From Candidatus Woykebacteria bacterium (GTDB lineage Bacteria; Patescibacteriota; Microgenomatia; Woykebacterales; RBG-16-39-9b): a DNA stretch of 64,000 nt. How positions within the stretch are numbered: position 1 is the stretch's first letter; each line of letters starts with the position of its first letter. A model generated the notes under the pieces. The model saw only the letters and a program-made list of their open reading frames with translations, did no database searches and was not told the origin of the DNA. The stretch is from contig JBBDPM010000006.1 in NCBI GenBank assembly GCA_040876345.1, positions 328,547-392,546 on the forward strand, read 5' to 3'. Of this stretch, positions 58,442 through 64,000 are shown one piece after another. A program made the translations under genes and the position numbers.

Positions 58442-59220
58442 GAAGTAGTCCCCTTTTTTCCTGCTCCCTTTAGAAAAACTAAACCCCAAATCGTCTGAGC
58501 TTCAGTACTTTCCATTTTGTTGATTAGGAAAACGAGTATTATCACTAGGAAAACAACTTCAAACAAGACTCCTAAAAACCCACCAAAAAGAAACAGATTA
58601 AAGGCCGCGTGGGTAAGAACCGCGGCGATAAGTCCTTGCCAAAATACTGCCTTTTCCTTAGAAAACTTGGATTTACCCAGGTAATACCCAGACATACCGG
58701 AGGTAAGAGCGTGAAGCAAAGTGGATGCAAAAAATCTCAAAATAAACACTACCACTAAAGACCCGGTGCCTTCCTCGGAAGCGGTCCCAAAAAAATATCC
58801 CAAATTTTCCAGAGTGGCAAAGCCAAGACCAGCACTTATCCCAAAAATTGCACCATCTACAACCTGCCTGAAATGTGGGTCATAAAAAACAAACTCCCTA
58901 ACAACTGTGATTTTTAGCACTTCTTCTAAGGCGGCGAATAAAATTATCTCAATGATCAAAAAAATTAGGACGTGGTTTGGGAAGCTGCCCGCATTTGGGT
59001 CATTAAAAAAACGCCCAAAGTCTTCACTAAATGGGCCAAAAAACACCGAGGCAACCGCAAATTCCAGTATAGCTGCAAAAAGAGCCGCTATAGTTCCTAG
59101 AAGGAAGAGCTTTATAATTAGCCTTCTTGGCTCTGGATCAAACTTATCTTCCCGCAAAAAAATAAAAAACCAAAAAAAGGCTGGTAAAAAGGCCAAAATT
59201 GGTATAAGAACAAAAATCAT
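58438..59220 (-). CDS. PrsW-family intramembrane metalloprotease
   Basis: 260 aa. EEVLK, FGISAGLGFATLEN and HALTS motifs. Confidence 0.65.
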   Translation of the reverse strand: MIFVLIPILAFLPAFFWFFIFLREDKFDPEPRRLIIKLFLLGTIAALFAAILEFAVASVFFGPFSEDFGRFFNDPNAGSFPNHVLIFLIIEIILFAALEEVLKITVVREFVFYDPHFRQVVDGAIFGISAGLGFATLENLGYFFGTASEEGTGSLVVVFILRFFASTLLHALTSGMSGYYLGKSKFSKEKAVFWQGLIAAVLTHAAFNLFLFGGFLGVLFEVVFLVIILVFLINKMESTEAQTIWGLVFLKGAGKKGTTS

Positions 59221-59559
59221 CTAAAGAAGGTTGGTTATAGGACCAAGGATGAAACTACCACTTTTTTCTACTTCAGTGTTTAACCAGATTCCAAGAATAA
59301 TTCCAATAACCATAAAGACTGCGGAAAGAATTATTGCTATCAAGCCTAAATTCCTCTCCCCCTTTTTCAAAGATACTGAACCCAATATTATACCGGCGAT
59401 GCCAAAAATTGGTGGAAACAAGAAGAGTGCAATTACTGCGCAGACGATACCAATTATGCCCTGCCCTCTACCAGGATTTTTGGGAGCTGTTTCGGCTGGA
59501 ATCGCAACTGGTACGTAGGCTGATTGAACAACTTGAGAGGGTGTTTGAGGGTTTTGCAT
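59221..59559 (-). CDS. DUF4190-like small membrane protein
   Basis: 112 aa. Two TM helices with a GIIG/GIAGIILG pattern. Confidence 0.45.
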   Translation of the reverse strand: MQNPQTPSQVVQSAYVPVAIPAETAPKNPGRGQGIIGIVCAVIALFLFPPIFGIAGIILGSVSLKKGERNLGLIAIILSAVFMVIGIILGIWLNTEVEKSGSFILGPITNLL

Positions 59560-59602
59560 CTATTTTAATGATAGATTCAAAGAGCACTTTTTGTCAATCA
59601 AA

Positions 59603-60025
59603 TTAACTGGGTTTTAGATCAGAAAGACTGATAGTTTGGGGTGAGGACGATTCAAGAACATGAAGCGTCTGCTCACCAATACTTTTACCGTCAATTAAAA
59701 TTTTCACGCTATACTCACCAGACTTCGAAAATGAAGCGTTTATTACCTCAATGATAAAGTTGAAATTTCTGGTTAGAGAGTCCTGCGGTAAACTTATTTC
59801 TCTCTCGTTATTTCCACCCATAAGAGCCTTTCCTTCTTTATCCGCTAAAACAACACTCATTTTGAATTTGGGTTTGGGGCTGTCTACAGAACCGACCACC
59901 ACAAATTTTGGATGAGTAACCGGGAATTTAGCTGCGTTAATATTTTCAAAAACCCCAATGATATTTACTTTTTTATCGATCGATAAAAAAGCATGGTCTG
60001 CTAAAAGAACATAAAGAAGTTTCAT
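59603..60025 (-). CDS. Hypothetical protein
   Basis: 140-aa ORF with no motif. Confidence 0.4.
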   Translation of the reverse strand: MKLLYVLLADHAFLSIDKKVNIIGVFENINAAKFPVTHPKFVVVGSVDSPKPKFKMSVVLADKEGKALMGGNNEREISLPQDSLTRNFNFIIEVINASFSKSGEYSVKILIDGKSIGEQTLHVLESSSPQTISLSDLKPS

Positions 60026-60063
60026 AGACCATTATTATAACAAAATCGTGGTAAAATCAACTT

Positions 60064-60366
60064 GTGGGGCTTTCTAGCAAAAAGTTTTGGATCATTTCAA
60101 TTTTGGCAATCTTAGCTACTATCACCAGTTGGTTGGTTTTGCAGCGAATATGCCAGCCACGACAACCTCTGTGCTTCGAATCTCAAGGTCAACAACTATG
60201 CACCAGTTTTGATTACGCTTATAGTGGTCCTTGGACGATTTTATGTAAGCCATTTTACCCCACTTCAGTTGGCTTGATCATTCTAGACCTAATAGCTGGT
60301 TTTATCTTTTATCTTGCTTTATTTTGGCTTACTTTGGTCCTTATCAACAAGCTAGCAAAAAGATAA
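60064..60366 (+). CDS. Small membrane protein
   Basis: 100 aa with 3 hydrophobic segments. Confidence 0.3.
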   Translation: MGLSSKKFWIISILAILATITSWLVLQRICQPRQPLCFESQGQQLCTSFDYAYSGPWTILCKPFYPTSVGLIILDLIAGFIFYLALFWLTLVLINKLAKR

Positions 60367-60480
60367 CCCCCATCACAAAGTACCGACAGAATTAGTGAAG
60401 CGTAAATGACAAAGCTTCGTGTATAATCTACCAATTAAGGTAAACCAGGCTCACACCCACCAAAGAAGATAAACTCCCCC

Positions 60481-60555
60481 TGGTGGGCGTGCCAGGGATC
60501 GAACCTGGGACCTGGTGTTTATAAGACACCCGCTCTACCACTGAGCTACACGCCC
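60481..60555 (-). tRNA. tRNA-Ile (anticodon TAT/UAU)
   Basis: Reverse complement GGGCGTGTAGCTCAGTGGTAGAGCGGGTGTCTTATAAACACC...GGTTCGATCC...CACGCCCACCA. Clean 5-bp anticodon stem (GGTGT/ACACC). Loop CTTATAA. Confidence 0.8.
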
Positions 60556-60660
60556 TAAGAACTGAGAATTATATCAAAGTTTAGCTAATTTCTCTAATTA
60601 ACTTCTTTGCTAATCCCCTTGTTGCTGCCGATACTAAAGGCGTATGGATTGTTTCTATTA

Positions 60661-61638
60661 TTAATTCGTAAACTCCTGACAAAACATTTTACCGGCGAGT
60701 CCCCCGTCAATTACACCAACTCCAAGCTTTCCAAACTCTGGGCGGAGGATATTTTCTCGATGGCCTTTTGAATTCATTAAACCTTGATGGGCGGTTTGGA
60801 CAGAAGATGCATAAGCGAGATTTTCCCCCGCCACTTGGTATTTTATTCCTGCAGCCTGCATTCTATCAAAAGGCGACTTCCCTTCAGGGGTATAGTGGGA
60901 AAAGTAACTTCGTTTAAACATGTCGAGACAATGGGCTCTACTAACATTGCGCAGAGCTGGGTCCGTTGAAAGCTGCCGCAAGCCCTTATCTGCTCTTTCT
61001 CTATTAACAAGGAGCAGCATTTCTTTTTCTGAGTCTGGATCTTCCTTAAACTCAATTTTCTTTGGAATGTTAATTTCTACCGTTTCTTGAGAGGAAGGCT
61101 CCGGAGTAATAAGGTAAACTAAGTTTTGGTAAGGCAGCCGATTTAAATATTTCTCGAGCGTAGGTTGGTATTTCAAACCCAAAGGCAAGACATTGCCACC
61201 CCACCAAGACTCTTCGATTGGGTTTTTTAAATTTGCGCTGACGGGAAGCATTAAAGGCAGCAGAAGAAAAAGACTGACAAGGAATAATCCTACTAATAAG
61301 GATGGTATAACACCTAAAATTTTATCTACTAGCAGAAAGCCTTCAACTTTTTTAAAGACAGGTGCAAAAAGTCCGTAGTGGCGGTTAGCCGTAAAACTAA
61401 GTACAACTTCAAGAACAATTAAGATCATAAAGAAGGCTACCACGTGAGCCAAATTTGGACCCCAGGCAAATTGGTTGTTAAGTAAATCGCCAATAAAAGG
61501 GTAAAAAATTGTTGCGGCAACTAGAGAAACGGCGGTGGTGAGTAGGTTCAAAATACCCCCGATAAACCCAGTCCGCCACCCTTGCCAGATTAGATAGATT
61601 ATTAAAACTACAACTATCAGATCGATAAAATTGAACAT
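60661..61638 (-). CDS. CvpA-like membrane domain fused to a CAP/SCP (YkwD-like) domain
   Basis: 325 aa. N-terminal polytopic segment. C-terminal GENLAY...HRENIL CAP signatures. Confidence 0.65.
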   Translation of the reverse strand: MFNFIDLIVVVLIIYLIWQGWRTGFIGGILNLLTTAVSLVAATIFYPFIGDLLNNQFAWGPNLAHVVAFFMILIVLEVVLSFTANRHYGLFAPVFKKVEGFLLVDKILGVIPSLLVGLFLVSLFLLLPLMLPVSANLKNPIEESWWGGNVLPLGLKYQPTLEKYLNRLPYQNLVYLITPEPSSQETVEINIPKKIEFKEDPDSEKEMLLLVNRERADKGLRQLSTDPALRNVSRAHCLDMFKRSYFSHYTPEGKSPFDRMQAAGIKYQVAGENLAYASSVQTAHQGLMNSKGHRENILRPEFGKLGVGVIDGGLAGKMFCQEFTN

Positions 61639-61639
61639 A

Positions 61640-61942
61640 CTACATTATCCCAAGTTGTAATTTAGCTTCCTCGCTCACCTTTGAAAGATCCCAGGGTGGA
61701 TCAAAGGTTATTTTAAGATCAACCTTTTTAACTTCGGCTAAACTGCCCACTTTCTCATTAATTTCCTTATGAATTACGGCTCCCAAGGGACAACCTGGAA
61801 AAGTCAGGGTCATTAAAATACTTACTACCCCATCTTTTTGAGTTTTAACATTATAAATCAAGCCAAGATCCACAATATTTATATGCAGCTCTGGATCCAA
61901 AACTTTCTTCAACTCACTATAGACTTTCTCACTTTTAAGCAT
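61640..61942 (-). CDS. DUF59/MIP18-family Fe-S assembly factor (SufT-like)
   Basis: 100 aa. DPEL..NIVDLGLIY...LT.PGCP motif. Confidence 0.7.
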   Translation of the reverse strand: MLKSEKVYSELKKVLDPELHINIVDLGLIYNVKTQKDGVVSILMTLTFPGCPLGAVIHKEINEKVGSLAEVKKVDLKITFDPPWDLSKVSEEAKLQLGIM

Positions 61943-61990
61943 AAGTTGGGAAGATTATATTAAAATTTGGGTATCGGTGCAAACAAGGAG

Positions 61991-62806
61991 TTACTTGAGT
62001 CTTTTGGCAGCAAAGGCAGGGTCGACAGTATTAACAAAAATTCCGGTACCTAGTTCAAATCCACCCGGGACTTTAACTCTTGGAATTAACCTCAAATACC
62101 AATCTCCACCATGATAAATGTAAAAATTAAATGAAAAATCCGCACCAAGATTTTTTTGTAATTTCCGCAACACTTTTAACAAATTTTTTGATAAGTCTTT
62201 AATCTCTTCCTCCCTTATATCGCCGAACTGTCGGCCGCGTTCAACTGGTGCAACCCAAACTTCATAAGGCCACTGGCTAGAGGATGGGCAAAAAAGAGAA
62301 AAGTACTTGGTTCTTCCAAAAACGTTTTCCGGTGTTCCCATTCTCGGAACGTCCAGGATAACTTCGTTTGAAACTACGGTAAGCTGGGTGTGGGAGTGCG
62401 GCAGGGATTCGGCTGCCCCCTGGCCATGGTTGTGAAAAATATAAACTTGGCCCTTGTCGCTATGTTCCAGAAACCGGGCCTTGTATACCCGAATGATTCT
62501 CGCGGTATGTTCCGGCGAGTAACTGAAGAAATCATCGTGATGAATCGGGCTGTGAATTATAATTTCGTGAATGGGCGCAAATGCAAACTTGTTAGGGACG
62601 ACTCTGACTATCCATCCAGGCTTATTGGGCTTTCCGCTGCCGACTCGAAAAACTTCCTTTGGAGTTTTACTCTCGGCTCCGTAACAAAACGGGCAAGTAG
62701 GTTCTGTTCCTTTTGCAACGTCGGGCCTTTTAGCTCTTTGGGGGGCGAGAATGACCCAATCATGAGTCAGCTGGTTTTCCCGAAATTCAAATTTTGCCAT
62801 TTTCAA
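61991..62806 (-). CDS. galT: Galactose-1-phosphate uridylyltransferase-like HIT enzyme
   Basis: 271 aa. N-terminal CPFC zinc motif. H-x-H-x-Q (HSHTQ) active site. Confidence 0.7.
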   Translation of the reverse strand: MKMAKFEFRENQLTHDWVILAPQRAKRPDVAKGTEPTCPFCYGAESKTPKEVFRVGSGKPNKPGWIVRVVPNKFAFAPIHEIIIHSPIHHDDFFSYSPEHTARIIRVYKARFLEHSDKGQVYIFHNHGQGAAESLPHSHTQLTVVSNEVILDVPRMGTPENVFGRTKYFSLFCPSSSQWPYEVWVAPVERGRQFGDIREEEIKDLSKNLLKVLRKLQKNLGADFSFNFYIYHGGDWYLRLIPRVKVPGGFELGTGIFVNTVDPAFAAKRLK

Positions 62807-62812
62807 GGGGTT

Positions 62813-63196
62813 TTAAGTTCCTTGGAGGAATTTTTTTACTTCTTCGACTACCTGAATCGGGGTATAAGAAACTTTCAACAAATATCCGTCAGCACCAAGT
62901 TCAAACCCTTCTTTGATGATAGTCTCCTCACCAAGGTTTGTGAGAAGAAGAGTGGGAGTTTTTTTAGTTAATGGGTTTTCCTTTAAAGACTTCAGGACAT
63001 CAATTCCACTCATTTTGGGGAGCATAATATCAAGAAGGATTAAATCTGGGGTTTCTTCGCCGGCCTTTAAAAGTCCTTCCTCTCCGTCGGCTGCCACCGA
63101 CACTCCAAAACCACTGTTGAGGAATTCACGGCGATAAATTTCCCTGACTGACTCTTCATCATCAATTACCAAGATTTTTTTCTTCGGCTCTTCCAT
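62813..63196 (-). CDS. Single-domain response regulator (CheY-like receiver)
   Basis: 127 aa. KILVIDDE with acidic pocket. Phospho-acceptor D in LILLDIMLP. Conserved K near the C-terminus. Confidence 0.8.
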   Translation of the reverse strand: MEEPKKKILVIDDEESVREIYRREFLNSGFGVSVAADGEEGLLKAGEETPDLILLDIMLPKMSGIDVLKSLKENPLTKKTPTLLLTNLGEETIIKEGFELGADGYLLKVSYTPIQVVEEVKKFLQGT

Positions 63197-63287
63197 AACT
63201 ATAAACTTAGGATACCCTTAATCTGGCCCTGGTGTCAACTCTGAGGGAAATTAGTGCTGCAGCCAACTTGGGATCTTTTAGCAAATT

Positions 63288-63962
63288 CTAGAGAGTCGGT
63301 GGGGCTTTGAAGAAGGAGCCGACAAGATATCCAACCAAAGCTGAAATTATACCGATTACGGCAATTTCTACACCCGATTTTTTCCAATCCCCTACAGTAG
63401 TCTTGGCTTTATATGCACCCACTGCAAAAAGGGCTATAGCGGAGATTGCCAGAGAGATCAGAACGGCTTGGTTGATGTTTATTCTAAAAAACTGTATGAA
63501 GAAAAATGGTAAGAGGGGAACTACTGAGCCGACAACGGCAGCGGCACCTACCACAATTCCGCTTGACAGGGCATTTTTTGTCTCGATAGGCTGAAGCATA
63601 AGCTCAAATTTCATCATTTCATCAAGCCACACCTCTTCGTTAGAAGTTATTTGACTTACTACATCTTCTAGAAGTTTCCCGGAAAAACCTTTTTTTCGAT
63701 AAATTTCCCGGATTTCTTCCTTCTCTATCTCCGGTACTTCTTCTATCTCTCGCTTTTCTCTTTCAAACTCACTCTCATAAAAAGACTGTTCGGCCCGAGT
63801 TGAGGTGTAAGCAACCGCGGCCATAGAAACACTCTCTGCAAAAGTAGCGGCTAATCCTGCCGCTAAAATAATTCTCAAGTCCTGCGAAGCAACGGCAACC
63901 CCAAGAACTATGCCTAAAACATTAACTAGTCCATCCTGACCACCGAGTATTATGTTTCGCAA
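63288..63962 (-). CDS. VIT1/CCC1-family iron/manganese transporter
   Basis: 224 aa. GGQDGLVNVLGIVLGVA N-terminal motif plus C-terminal TM bundle. Confidence 0.75.
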   Translation of the reverse strand: MRNIILGGQDGLVNVLGIVLGVAVASQDLRIILAAGLAATFAESVSMAAVAYTSTRAEQSFYESEFEREKREIEEVPEIEKEEIREIYRKKGFSGKLLEDVVSQITSNEEVWLDEMMKFELMLQPIETKNALSSGIVVGAAAVVGSVVPLLPFFFIQFFRININQAVLISLAISAIALFAVGAYKAKTTVGDWKKSGVEIAVIGIISALVGYLVGSFFKAPPTL

Positions 63963-64000
63963 ATTGGAGGTAACTGCATGCGGCTCAGATAAAGTGCTTT

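Overview
This is a 64-kb, AT-rich (by eye roughly 35-42% GC) bacterial segment with features typical of Candidate Phyla Radiation (CPR)-like genomes. I could not run any searches; all calls rest on sequence motifs and translations read directly from the window.

The backbone comprises:
- A complete minus-strand rRNA operon (16S, tRNA-Ile(GAT), tRNA-Ala(TGC), 23S, 5S) in which both large rRNAs are interrupted. The 23S carries two group I introns, one of which encodes a LAGLIDADG homing endonuclease. The 16S carries an ~870-nt intron with a LAGLIDADG ORF broken by an in-frame stop.
- A ~10-kb minus-strand locus encoding a 1640-aa LamG-like and a 762-aa VWA-domain secreted protein that share a C-terminal module.
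- An archaeal-type repair pair, an EndoQ-like PHP nuclease next to an ATP-dependent DNA ligase.
- Housekeeping genes: folC, mnmA, folD, two fpg paralogs, polA, ftsH, trpS, clpB without its N domain, a fic family protein, two glycosyltransferases and a native xerC/D.
- An unusual tRNA set: tRNA-Ile(UAU), and two adjacent CAU tRNAs of which one has the initiator-like C1xA72 mismatch.

The most unusual property is compositional mosaicism. At least six sharply bounded high-GC islets (roughly 52-62% GC by eye) sit between native AT-rich genes:
- 1459-2337 is non-coding.
- 30900-34105 holds five Shine-Dalgarno-led, signal-peptide proteins, one of them dockerin-like.
- 36690-37960 holds a winged-helix regulator and an enoyl-reductase-like SDR.
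- 43040-43745 holds one 164-aa membrane-anchored protein.
- 45990-47225 holds a frameshifted XerD-like integrase.
- 50190-53750 holds a VapBC pair, three Cys-rich small proteins and a divergently transcribed radical SAM/SPASM-like enzyme.

The radical SAM plus Cys-rich cluster and the secreted-protein island are the best candidates for an undescribed system. Assembly chimerism remains an alternative explanation and needs read-level checking.
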